29,370 bases of DNA from Chiloscyllium plagiosum (taxonomy: Eukaryota). Below, piece by piece: positions 1 through 11,212 of the stretch. The stretch spans positions 17,346,466-17,375,835 of the forward strand of contig NC_057749.1 of NCBI RefSeq assembly GCF_004010195.1. Reading direction: 5' to 3'. The notes beneath the pieces are model-generated. The model saw only the letters and a list, made by a program, of their open reading frames with translations. It did not search any database and was not told the DNA's origin. Position 1 is the first letter of the stretch. The number at the start of each line of letters is the position of its first letter. The position numbers were made by a program, and so were the translations under genes.

Positions 1-26
1 CATTATTTCTTTTATGTGTGTTGTAG

Positions 27-222
27 GATTTTCGAGAAAAGAATACTGACCACATGCGTCCCGACATTGTCGCACTTCTGAAAAGCAGTAAGAACGCCTT
101 CATCAGCACTCTGATTGGCATTGACCCAGTAGCTGTCTTCCGCTGGTCAATACTGAGGTCCTACTTCCGAGCAGCGGTGGCTTTCCGAGAGGCTGGAAAA
201 TGCTATGTTGTGAAGAAACCTG
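27..222 (+). CDS. MYO9A: Myosin IXa internal coding exon A (motor domain into the start of the loop-2 insertion)
   Basis: Acceptor ttgtag ends at 26 and donor gtaagg starts at 223. 196 nt, phase 0 to 1. Translates [65 protein letters not shown](G), which I recognise as class IX myosin, closer to MYO9A than MYO9B. The ORF-track entry 54..242 is this exon read through into the intron. Confidence 0.95.
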
Positions 223-286
223 GTAAGGGGAAGCGTGGGTAATTTCATGCATTCACTCGTTGGGTATAGTTTAAGAAAATGGTCTA

Positions 287-649
287 GTCATAGAATCCCT
301 ACATGGAATCCGAGAGTTCCTATGTGTGGAAGCAGGCAATTTGGCCCATCGAGTCCACAGTGATGCTGTAAAGAGCATCCCACACAGAACCACCCCTCTA
401 CCCTTTCCCTGTAATCCTTCATTTCCCATGACTAATCCACCTAGCCTTCTTATCACTGGACACTATGGGCAGTTTAGCATGGCCAATTCACCTAACCTGC
501 ACATCTTTGGACTTTGGGAGGAAACTGGAACACCAGGAGGAAATCCATGAGACAGGGAGAATGTGCGAAGTCCACATGTACAGTCACCTAAGACTGGAAT
601 CGAACCCGAGTCCATGGTGCTGTGAGGCAGCAGTGCTAGCCACTGTTCT
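287..649 (-). mobile_element. HE1-type V-SINE (tRNA-derived), diverged copy
   Basis: Reverse complement aligns by eye with the copy at 11213-11529, e.g. tttagcatggccaattcacctaacctgcacatctttggact, and ggaatcgaaccc as the reversed B box. Confidence 0.85.
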
Positions 650-860
650 GCATTGTGGTAATATCGCTGGACCATTAATCCAGAAATTCAACTAACATTC
701 AGAATTCAACTAACCAGCAGATGGTGGAATTTGTATTTCTTATATATAAAAAAAGTCTGGAATTAAGAATTACTGATGATTGTGAAATCATTGGTTGCCG
801 GAACAACCTATGTGATTCACTAATGTACTTCAGGGAAGGAAATCTGCCATCCTTGCCTGG

Positions 861-1367
861 GACACACGCACCAAACAATCCCACCGCCCTGTGGCCAACC
901 TCTTAAACTCCCTCTCCCACCTCTGCCAAGGACATACAAGTCTTGAGCCACTGCCACTGCCAAATCCTAGCCACCCAACAACTTGAGGAAGAATGCCTCA
1001 CCTTCTGCCTTGGGACCCTTCAACCATATGGCATCAACATCAACTTGACTAGTTTGCAAATCTCCCCTTCTCCATCTCATCTCAGATCCAACCTGGCACT
1101 GTCCTCTTGAACTGTCCTACCTGAAAACCCTCCTTCTCACCCATCCACTCCATCCTCCCCACTGACTTATCATCATTACCCCACACCTGCATTCACATAT
1201 CACCTTCCCAACTATCTTCTCCCTCGCCCCAATTCCATCCTCCTATTTATCTCTCGGCCCCCTTCTCCCTCACCTTCCTGATGAAAGTCTTATGCCCAAA
1301 ACATCGATTCTGCTGCTTCTCGGATACTGCCTGTCCTGTTCTTTTCCAGTGCCACATTTTTTGACTG
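861..1367 (+). mobile_element. Penelope-like element, 5'-truncated (GIY-YIG C-terminus plus pLTR with decayed hammerhead)
   Basis: 961-1056 translates QILATQQLEEECLTFCLGTLQPYGININLTSL, resembling a PLE endonuclease C-terminus. The 3' end cctgatgaaagtcttatgcccaaaacatcgattc is homologous to 13208-13241. Flanked by direct repeats atccttgcctgg (849-860) and atccttacctgg (1368-1379). Confidence 0.85.
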
Positions 1368-1744
1368 ATCCTTACCTGGTCTGTCTGCAGAACCACAGCA
1401 ATATGTTTGACTCTCAACAGCCTCTGAGATGGCCTGATGAGCCACTCATTTGTATCAATTGCCACACAGTCACAACTAAGAAATGAAACCAGATAGACTA
1501 TCTGACATTGACTTAGGCACCAGAAGCAACAATTGCAAAAACATCCCTTGTCTACCCTGCACGGACCTCTCTACTATCCACTAAAATTGGGAGAGCTATC
1601 TCACATGCGAGTCAATCTAGAGCTTGACATAATCACAGAATCACACTTTACAGATAATGCCTCAGACGACACCGTTCCTAAACATGTCCTACTCCACCGG
1701 CAGGACAGACACAGCAGAAGTGACGGGACAGTTTTTCGTAAAAC

Positions 1745-2066
1745 ATTCACTCACTGGCTGTGGGTGTCTCTGGTGAGGCCAGAATTAATTGCCTATCCCT
1801 AATTACCCAAAGGGCAGTCTAGAATCCGTCAGATTGCTGTCGGCTAGTCCAGACAACGATATCCTCCCTAAAGAATATTAATGAACCAAATGGGTTTTTC
1901 CGACAATTGACAATGGTTTCATGGTCATCAATAGACCCCTAATTCCAGATTCTGACTGAATCCAAATTCCATCACGTGGCATGGTAGGATTTGAACCCAG
2001 GTCCCCAAAACATTAGCTGAGTTTCTGGTTTAATAGTCTAGCATTTGTACCAATTGACCATTGCCT
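1745..2066 (-). mobile_element. tRNA-derived SINE (SacSINE1-like), near full length, diverged
   Basis: Reversed B box ggatttgaaccc at ~1987-1998. The body is the reverse complement of the head at 650-860 (aattccaga, aaattccatc, attaatgaacc), and the tail is the reverse complement of 2390-2455. Confidence 0.7.
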
Positions 2067-3647
2067 ATACAGAATTCAGCCCTCCCTATACCCACCGATA
2101 CCCACAAGCGTCCACTCTCTCCACCACTATCTACAAGATGCCCTGCAGAGATTCAACAAAAGATCCTTAGACAGCACCTTTCAAACCCATGACCACTTCC
2201 ATCTAGAGAGACAAGGACAGCAGATACTTGGGAACATGACATCTTGCAAATTCCCCTCCAAGCCAGTCATTATCCTGACTTCGCTGTCACTGCGTCAGAA
2301 TCTTGGAATTCCCCCCTCAAGGGCATATAGGTCTACCAATCGGACATGGATTGTAGTGGTTCAAGAACGCAGGTCGCCACCATTTTCTCAAGGGCAATTA
2401 GGGACAGGCAATTCATGCTGACCAGATGTCAATGCCCATGTCCCACGAGTGAACAAAGCAAATTTGTTGAAACATTCTGATAGAATTTGGACAGTATTTA
2501 CTATAATCTATTCCTAATGATGTGCATGTTTTTGGTCCCAATTTCTTTATATTCCTTTAGACCTGGACAGTCTCATTTCATTCAAATTGCATCGCGTATA
2601 GCATTGCCATACAAGCATTTTTTTTAATGGGTTGTGTAATGCAAGCGTACCAATTAAATTGTAGCTAGTCTTTTAATATGATTTGGCTTTAGATTCCAGG
2701 CAGTGGAATGTTGAAAGAGGCCGAATCACAATACTTTGTAAAGCTAAGGAATATAATAAATGCTGCAAATCTAAAATAAAAGCCAGAAATGTGCAAGAAG
2801 TCTTTCAACATCTGACTAGAAAAAGAAAAAGGCTGTTTTTACAAAGGATTACCTGGAATACATGTCACAGAAATATATTATTCAGCCCACTTGATGAATG
2901 GCACACTTGAACTTCCTTTCACATCCTGAATTAAATCTGTTTCTTAGTGTAGTTTCTCACTGTCAGGACTTAGCATGTTTTTCAGTATGTAGTGCAGATG
3001 TTAGTTTTTTTTCTGTCCTGCTACAATCAAGTTTGACATAAAAGCTCCCTTAAATGTCTCAGTTCTCAAAACTATTGTATATTAATTGAATTTTTGTAAC
3101 GTGCCAAAGTATGCAAGGTATAACTCTAACTATGGAGTTATGTCCCTGAAGTTCTTGCATCAGATGATTTATTTATGGCAACATTCTCATCATCCACTGG
3201 GTAAAAAGGCAGTTCAAAGGATGCATGCAAATCTATCCTTTGGGAATGTTCAGCAATTATGCAGACTGCCACTCATCCTGTCTTCTGTAAGGAGTTTGAT
3301 ACTGCAGATATTGACAGATGTAATATTAGTTTTCAATTAGAACTTTTTTTTAGCAAGTAATGACCCTTAAAATGGGCAACCCATCTGACATGTTACATTA
3401 AAAGCTAACTGTTTCGTTACTTACAATTAACTTTAACTTCCAATGCTTAAATCCAGTGGTTATGCATTTTTTTCCCCCGGTCCCCTTGAAACCTCTTTTA
3501 TTGGAATTGGAGATGTTTTTTGAAGGAAGAATTGTCATCATTCTTCACTTTCCATCAGTCCATTTTCTCCTTTCCTCTAATCTATGGACCTTGCTGTCAG
3601 TGATACATCAGGTACATCATTTTAGTGGCCACTTACGAACAAATTTA

Positions 3648-5708
3648 TTGGCAAATTTTAATAGTATGAGACAAGAATTTTCAAAAGTTGATTGGAGTAG
3701 ATTGTTCTTAAGTGGGAGGCTTTCAATGTGTGGTAACGCAAGTTCAGAATCATCATGTTCCTGTGAGAGTGAAAAGTAAAGCTGGTAGGATTAGAGAACC
3801 ATGGATAAATAAAGATATTAAGGTTCAAGTCAAGACTAAAACAGAATCACATACTAGATGTAGATACTTGTTCAAAAGAACCAACAAGTTCAAAAGTATC
3901 TCTTGAACTGTATGAAGAGTGTAGGCGCATTCTTAAAGGGGAGATCAGGAAGGCAAATAAGGTTAAGGATAATCCAAAGAGATTCCAAAAGTACATTAAA
4001 GGCAAGAGAACAATGCAAGAGAAAGTAGGGCCCCTTACTGATCAAAGAAGTTATCTTGTGTTGATACTCAGGAGAGGTGAGATATTAAATGAATATTTTG
4101 TGTTAATTTTTACTGTGGAAAAAGAAATGGAGGCTAGAGAACACTGAGAAAAAAGTATTGATGTTTTGAAAGCAGTTCACGCAACAGAAGAGGGAGTACT
4201 GGAAATCTTAGAAAACATAAAAGTGGATAAATCTGCAGGACCTAATCTAGTGTATCCCAGGATGTTATGGAAAGTTAGGGAGGTAATTGCTGGGACCCTT
4301 GCAGATATATTTGCACCATCTGTAACTATGGGTGATGTGCCAGATATTAGAGAGTGACTAATAGTGTGCCTTGTTTAGGAAGGCATGTAAGGAGAAGCTG
4401 TCGATCTGTGAATCAGACTTGGGTGGTGGGTAAGTTGTTGGAAGTGATTCTGAAAGAAAGGATTTATATACATTTGGAGAGGCAAAGAAAGCTTAGGGAT
4501 AGCATGGTTTTGCGCGAGAGAGATCATGTCTCTCAAACCTGATTGAGTTTCTTGAGGACAGAGCAGTCAACATTATTTGAACTTTAGTAAAGCCTTTTAC
4601 AAGATTCTGCATGGTGGACTAATTAGTAAGGTTAGATTGCGTGGGATTCCAGGTGAGCTTGCCAATTGGATACGCAACTGAATTAACGACAGGAGACAGA
4701 GTGATGATGAAGGGTTATTTTTCGGATTGGAGTCCTGTGACTAGCGAAGTTCCACAGGGATCAGTGTTGGGTCCACTTTTGTTTGTCATTTATATAAATG
4801 ATTTAGATAAGAATATAGAAAGCATGGTTAATAAGTTTGTGGATGACACCAAGATTAGTGGTATAGTGAACAATGAAGATTATTTAAGATTACAAAGAGA
4901 TCTTGAACAATTGGATCAATGGGCTGAAGAGTGGCAGCTGGAGTTTAATTTGGATACATACGAGGTATTGCATTTTGGTAAAATAAACAAGATCAGGACT
5001 TATACCATTAATGGTAGGGCCTTGGGTAGTGTTGTAGAACAGAGGGACCTCTGAGTTCAGGTACATAATTCTTTGAAGTTTGCATCACATATAGATAGGG
5101 TGGTTAAGAAGGCTTTTAACATGTTTGCCTTCATTGCCCAGACATTTGAGTATAGGAGTTGGGATGTTATGGTGAGGTTTACAGCATGTTGGTGAGGCCT
5201 GTTTTGGAGTATTATATCCAGTTCTAGTAGCCCTGTTATCGGAAGGATACTGTCAAGCTGGAGAAGGTTCTGGTGAGATTTACCAAGAAGTTGCTTGGAA
5301 TGGAGGGTTTGAGTTAGAAAGAGAGATTGGAGTGTTGGAGGTTGAAGGGTGATCTTATGGAGGATTCTAAAATCATGAGCAGTGTAAATAAAGTGAATGG
5401 CAGGTATCTTTTCACTAGGTTGGAGGATTTCAAAACTAGGGGGCATATTTTTTTAAAGGTGAGAGGAGAAAGATTTGAAAAAGGCATGGGGGGGTTTGTT
5501 TTAAACACAGTGGTTCATGTGTGGAATGAACTTACAGAGGAAGTGGTAGATGCGGGTACAGTTACGACATTTAAAGAAACATTTGGATAAGAATAGGAAT
5601 AAGAAATGTTTGGAGGGATATGGGCCAAGTGCAGGTAGGTGAGAGTAATTTAGTTTGGAATTATGGTTGGACTGAAGAGTCTGTTTCCTGCTGTATGACT
5701 CTCTGACT
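3648..5708 (+). mobile_element. CR1 LINE (HER1-like), 5'-truncated, degenerate ORF2
   Basis: Fragments KVDKSAGPNLVYPRML, VPQGSVLGPLLFVIYINDL and KFVDDTK, with many stops and frameshifts. CR1 3' tail ttggactgaagagtctgtttcctgctgtatgactctctgact. Confidence 0.92.
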
Positions 5709-6731
5709 GCATAACAAATACTAACTGTTGGAAAACTATTCTGGAGAAAGAGGAAAAGGACTAACAGTTTCAACTGGTCTTGTCTTATTTAGATGGTAGT
5801 GTGCGTATTTTCCAGTATGGATCACAGCATTACTTTTCTTGTCTCTAACCCAGATTGTCTGTCTGATTTATCTATATGGCTCAGTGTCATCTGGGCATCT
5901 GTGCAATTGTTCGTGGGAGAATTTGTTACTGACTAAACAGGCATTCTGTGTGTATAACCAATCTACTTCATAAAAAGAATTATGATTTAGAAAAGTTTAC
6001 ATGTATCCATGCAAGACTAGATGTTAGGGACTATATTTAAAATGCAGAGAAAGATTTAATTGTATTGATAGTTTTACTAGCTGAAGAAGGAGCGATTGGA
6101 GTGACTTCTTCTTGTCTGCTGTTCTTCTTTGTGTTAAGCGGTATATGACTTAGAAAGTGCCATGAAATCAGTCAGTGATTTACTGAGTATAGGTATGTTG
6201 ACTGCCATAGATCATTTAAATTTATAAAGTGGAGTCCTCTCACTGTAGTAGCTTTGAGAAATATGTACTTTGCTGCCAAACAATGGCAATGATTTGTTCA
6301 ACTGTTCGGTTTAATGCTAAAGTTTGGCATTCTACTGCTTCAGGAATTTAATGAAATGTTTTGGTACTTGAGCAGAACATTGTGTCAGTGTTTTAGGATT
6401 TGCACGACCAAAAGTCGTATGCCCAAATAACAGTATGTTTGCGGCAGGAGAGGATAATACTTAGACTACCTCATTATGTTACTTCACAAAGAAACCATCA
6501 GAAAATACACTTTGTGAGAACACAAAGGCAGGTATACGAAGTTTATATTATACTGATTGGCTTCCATATACTAGGTGATGCATGTCTTATGGTGCATTAA
6601 ACCTTTAGCTATTTTGTTCCGGAACCTACTTAATATATATGTTCTAATCCCACAAACATTAAACTCCATCTAGTGGCGAAATATTTGAATTTACATTGCT
6701 TAAATTCATTTTATAGGTCTAGATTCATTTA

Positions 6732-7490
6732 CAGAAGAACCTTGATTATCCGAACAAGACGAGCGGGCACTATTTCGTTCAGATAATTGATTATTCGGTT
6801 AATTGACTTCCTCTGGGGCTCTGAGTTTTCAGTTAGGTCTGCTCCCAGTTCAGGAGATTAAGCAGCAGCACACAGCGCGTGAGCCCCTGCCTGCCCTCAA
6901 CCCTGTCTGCGCCCGCCCCACCACCCGCCATCTAAACCTCCCCACCCCCTCCCACACACACCCCTCCCCCACCCCGGCAGCCGGACTGTAGAGTCACAGA
7001 GTCATAGAGATGTACAGCATGGAAACCGACCCTTCGGTCCAGCCCATTCATGCTGACCCGATATCCCAACCCTACGTCAACAGTAAGTCTGCTGCTTCCT
7101 TTGTGGAATAAGTCTCCAAATTGTGCGCGCACAAACACACACCTTTTTACTGCAACTTCGTGATAGGTTCCACCTCTGCTCTGTACAGGATAATGTTGAA
7201 GAGATTATCTGGGATGGAGGGTATAGAGCACACCCCTGTGTAGAACTCCAGGGAAGTGTGGGAGAGAGAGAGAGAGGTCAGTCATTTCGAGACGGTGCCT
7301 GTACTGTCCAGACTGTTCTCGGCAGCATCTCAGTGAGGCAAGTTCGTTTTTAATCATTGTACCTGTAAACAAAAGATGCAATCAGGGTTGAAACAGCTCT
7401 TTGGCATCATGTTTCTATCGGGACCTCAAGATCTCCTTTGGATAATCCAATATTTGGATAATTGATATTCAGATAATCGAGATTCCTGTG
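6732..7490. mobile_element. Non-autonomous Tc1/mariner-superfamily (Tigger/pogo-like) DNA transposon
   Basis: TA at 6730-6731 and 7491-7492. Terminal inverted repeats tacagaagaaccttgattatccgaa / ttcagataatcgagattcctgtgta match 20 of 25 including the TA. Repeated subterminal (g/a)gataat motifs; no transposase ORF. Confidence 0.8.
6991..7073 (-). mobile_element. Short CR1 3'-end fragment inside the DNA transposon
   Basis: gagtcatagagatgtacagcatggaaaccgacccttcggtccag is the reverse complement of the CR1 tail seen at 16200-16260. Confidence 0.8.
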
Positions 7491-8848
7491 TAGTGATATT
7501 TTTGAATGTATCATCTGCCAGTTTTTGGGATTTTTACAATCTGAGATTGACCTATTTGTGTAAATTACAGTTTGTGAGCAGTTTAATGTTTATGCTAATT
7601 TTATATAGGCTTTGGTTTACTTATTCTCACTTTAATCAGTGCACTTCTGCCCTTCTAGATCCAGGGAAATGTCCTAACTTTATAGAATGATGCATCATCA
7701 TGCTGTAGCAGCTGGTCTCCACTCTGAATTCACTGCTTAGTACAGTCTTGCTCTACCTAGGTCTAATCTTGCTAGAGAATTAGAATGCTGCTCTATATAT
7801 CTTCCACTCTTGTAGTATAACCTCTATTTCTTCTTCCTTCTTTGTGCTGAAGATCAGCAAAATAAAATATCCTTGTGAAAACTGATGTATTTGCTTACTT
7901 TTCTTTATGAATAGCCATAAGATCATTTGAAGCTTTTGAAGAAAATAAAAGTGCCTTAGTATGAAATGTATGCATTTAATTCTGTAATTAATAGTTTTTT
8001 TGGGTATGAGAAAAAGCCATTCCTATTAAGTTTTCATTATATTGCCTGCTTTCCCACCTGTCTCCTGAAGAAGCTGATTTGTATTTAGAAATATAATTCC
8101 AAAGGTGCCAGCGGCCACTGTAACCTTGCTGAGTAGCTATTTCACATGTGCAAACCCAGTTGATGAATTTTATTGGACTCTTCAACTGTGAGAGTTGTCA
8201 TATTTCAGCTTAATCCTATCCTCAGCTGATACCTACATATGCACTGCTGTTTTGGCTAGATACCTTGGATTCTGTTTACTTTCCTGATCTGCCATTTCTG
8301 TTTAAGATTGTCTTATCTAGATGTGAAACTTACCGGTGGTGATGACAACTGGATCAATAGATAAAACTTGCATCAGTAATAATTCAGTTTTATAATTTAA
8401 AATCTTTTTATTTCTTTTAGATCTTCTCAGAGCAAATGCTGCTGTAATTTTGAGAACTCCATGTAGTGGCCTGATTTATTAAGAGTCTATTAATCTAAAA
8501 AGGATGAAACTTTCGGAAAGTGTACTATTTGTGTTTATTACGTTCCATGACTTTAAAGAAAAAGTCTTATGCATTTCACTGTTGACAGTATTTTGATTAA
8601 TGCTGAGTTTCTTTAATAAATATCCATAATCACAATTCACTGGAGATTTAATTCATTATCACTAAATTAGGAAGAAAAAAATCTCTTTTCCAGTAATAAA
8701 ATAGATATAAATGATTAAATGTACCTCGCTACAATTGTGATATTTGGTTTCTTGTAGAGGTTTCTCATTCTTTTAAATTCCTGTCTTTTATGAATATTTC
8801 TATCTTGTATTTTTTACTTTTTCTTTTGTTTTTATTTTGCTTCCCAAG

Positions 8849-8968
8849 GGCCTGGTGATGCTGTTCCATTTCCGGTTTTGAAAAGTGTCGATAGTTTTAG
8901 CTTTCTGCATCACCCAGTTCATCAGAGGAGTTTAGAGATTCTCCAGAGGTGCAAGGAGGAGAAGTACA
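8849..8968 (+). CDS. MYO9A: Myosin IXa coding exon B (loop-2 insertion), 120 nt, symmetric phase 1-1
   Basis: Long polypyrimidine tract ending cccaag (8848); donor gtaagg at 8969. In frame with exon A: (G)PGDAVPFPVLKSVDSFSFLHHPVHQRSLEILQRCKEEKY(S), matching the MYO9A motif DSFSFLxHPVHQRSLEILQRCKEEKY. Absent from the ORF track. Confidence 0.95.
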
Positions 8969-9054
8969 GTAAGGCTCCAAATCCAGCAATGTTCTCTTAA
9001 ACTTTTCACTTAACCCATAAGAACTGGGAATCCAAGAGCATTCACTCAGTGCTG

Positions 9055-9228
9055 GTGGTCTTCATTCATTTTTTAAAAAAGTTACTGATATTGCCGGCCA
9101 GCTGAGGTTAACATTTCAAGATTTGCCAATCTGAGGTCATGAGAGCAGTATGCCAGATTGATTTTGAAAATGACCCAACCACGTATTTGTGGCCACGCCA
9201 GCTGTTCACAGTGGGTAATGAAGACCAC
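9055..9228 (+). other. Nested imperfect inverted repeat, predicted long intronic hairpin
   Basis: Colinear complementary pairs: gtggtcttcatt 9055-9066 / aatgaagaccac 9217-9228 (12 of 12); ggcca 9096-9100 / tggcc 9190-9194; catttcaagat 9112-9122 / attttgaaaatg 9161-9172; caatctg 9127-9133 / cagattg 9154-9160. Confidence 0.65.
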
Positions 9229-9869
9229 TGACTTGAAGCCAAACAACACCAAAGGATTCTGGGATGTTTGTGGCTTCTAAACCACATAATTTAATAAAGA
9301 ACGCATATTATGTTTTTAAAAGAGAAGCTGTGGATAAATATTCCAAGTTTCTTATGTGTTCTGAACAACTTGCAGAGGATTAAATGAGAAACAGTTGTGA
9401 CTTCTTTACAAGAATTTTTCAGTGAACCTTCCAAATATATAAACTCCCATTACTGATTATTTTCAATTTCTTTGTCCTGTATTCGTAAAAATAGTGAGAG
9501 TACACAACCCACAGTTGTTTGGTTTTGCTATAGAGTGAATGGTGTTGGTCTCAATGTCTTCCGTATCCAATTTCCTGCTCCTCTTTCTGTGTGGTTACTA
9601 ACACTAAATCTGCATACTCTAAGCTGATCTCTCTGTTTGAAGACTTATAATTTCAACTGATCCTTTCAATTCTAGCCAGATAGCACCAATTTCAATTCAC
9701 CTGATGACTTGAATATGAAATTGAAATTATTAATTGGGGAAATTATGGCTGTGATGTGATTATTTCTCATTTTGGAGACTTGACATCCTTTCCTTCAGTT
9801 ATATTTGTGTTTTAAGCAGATGTGTGTTCTAGATTGTTTAGTTTACAAGTCAGACTGCTGCTAAGACTG

Positions 9870-9980
9870 TTGTAGTACAGTGGTCCTGTTCCTACTCTGA
9901 GCCAGGAAATTCATGTTCAACTCTTGTCTGCTCTTGAGGTGTATAACAACATCTCTGAGCAAATTGATCAGAGAATGTCC
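9870..9980 (+). mobile_element. Possible old tRNA-derived SINE head, highly decayed
   Basis: A-box-like tagtacagtgg followed at tRNA-like spacing by B-box-like tgttcaactct. Recognition by eye only. Confidence 0.35.
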
Positions 9981-11212
9981 AGAGGGTGCTGCTTTGCCAT
10001 ATTTGTAAGATCAAGGCTTTAGGTTGAATTCCTTTGATTAAATTTTGATGAAAATCCTAATGACACATAAAAGACAGAAATCATAAAATATCAATTTTGT
10101 TCAAGATCCTGTTTTAAAACTTAGGTTCAGTCTGGTCAAAAACCTTGAATGTGAGAATGCTGCACAACATAGAGTATGATATCACAATCAGAAGGTAAAG
10201 TTTTAAGTCTTCAAGCGCAGTCAAGGTTTCTAAGAACTAAAATAAATATAACTCCATAGGTACTGTTGTGTTTTGAAGCTGCATATTGTCTGTTTTGATA
10301 ACTCCAAATATATTCCATTTGTATAGATCCAGGGATCCATAAAATTAAAATAAATTTCCCAGCTCAGGTGGTAATGTTATCCACATACCTTGCTCAAGTT
10401 ATACTTCACGGCAAATGAAAGCCTTTTTCCTTACGACTGGGAAGAGATTGGCGTGTTAGTTATTGGAAAGGATAGGCATGTATTCATCATGGATTGGGGT
10501 GGCCATATGTTCACTAGGAGGAAGAAATTGCCTCTGCCTCTGATTTGATACCTTTTTTCCCTTTCACTATAGGCCAGTTTCTTTTGAAGTTAGTCCAAAG
10601 AGCATTAGCTTGGATTTCACTAAGCCTGATAGCCATGTTCAGCTACCTCCAGTGTTTGAGTGTGAATGGTTCTAAAACATTTCCTCTTCAAACACAAAAT
10701 TTCAATATGTTTAAGTAAGGGTTATATGGTGAAAGATTTTGTTCAATTGATAACCAATTGTTCAAAAATTGTTTTGATATTGGTTAATTGCACACATTAA
10801 CTGTTCAAATTTAACACAGTTGAGGTGTAGCAGCCAATCCTTTATGAATTGTCCTTTGTGCTAGCTGTTCCAAGTTGAATTTGTAGGGGGTCTGTGAGAA
10901 ACTTTAATTTGAGGTGAAATAGACAGAAGATATAAATAGATTAGCCTCCTTGTGTTCACTCAGCCTTCATTTCTCTGAGTACAGTTGATAAATGGTGAAT
11001 CGGTGATGCAGCCTAAATATTTTTGTTGCTCAGTTTGCTTCTGGTCTTATAACCACATTTATCTTTTTCTAATGTATTTGTAATGCTTGTTCAGCTTCCT
11101 GCATTTGGCTTGTGCATTCTATAGGTTAAGTATGAATTATGGAAAAGTATTGCTGTGATTAACTCTTAAGAGGAATAATTATTGTAATGGACTGGCTTAT
11201 TATTCAACAAAT

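Larger units (their letters stand above)
650..2457 (+). mobile_element. Internally deleted CR1/L2-group LINE relic with a tRNA-SINE-like 5' head, interrupted by two later insertions
   Basis: Head at 650-860 resumes at 1368. An endonuclease-like N-terminal peptide (DIITESHFTD...HRQDRHSRSDGTV) appears in ORF 1533..1802. The 3' portion 2070-2457 ends in agggcaattagggacaggcaattcatgctg...tcccacgagtgaacaaa, a tail also seen reversed at ~1745-1815 and ~22605-22670. Confidence 0.6.

Noticed and set aside
223..242. Exon A read-through as a stand-alone 62-aa protein
   Set aside because: The frame is open upstream to an acceptor and a strong gtaagg donor follows 222. It is an internal exon.
3862..3901. 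Small hairpin agatactt...aagtatct with duplicated gttcaaaag
   Set aside because: It is a local rearrangement inside a decayed CR1 and too short to imply function.
8421..8462. Strong acceptor at 8420 giving a potential 42-nt in-frame exon (DLLRANAAVILRTP)
   Set aside because: The only frame-preserving donor (cat|gtagtg) is poor and the peptide has no recognisable homology.
8969..9000. Read-through of the exon B donor (SKAPNPAMFS then stop)
   Set aside because: An in-frame TAA ends at 9000 with no convincing alternative donor before it, so no extended coding exon is supported.
9596..9609. Perfect TACTAAC (branch-point/QKI-like) motif
   Set aside because: There is no well-formed exon downstream and similar motifs occur elsewhere in the introns. 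A single 7-mer is insufficient evidence.
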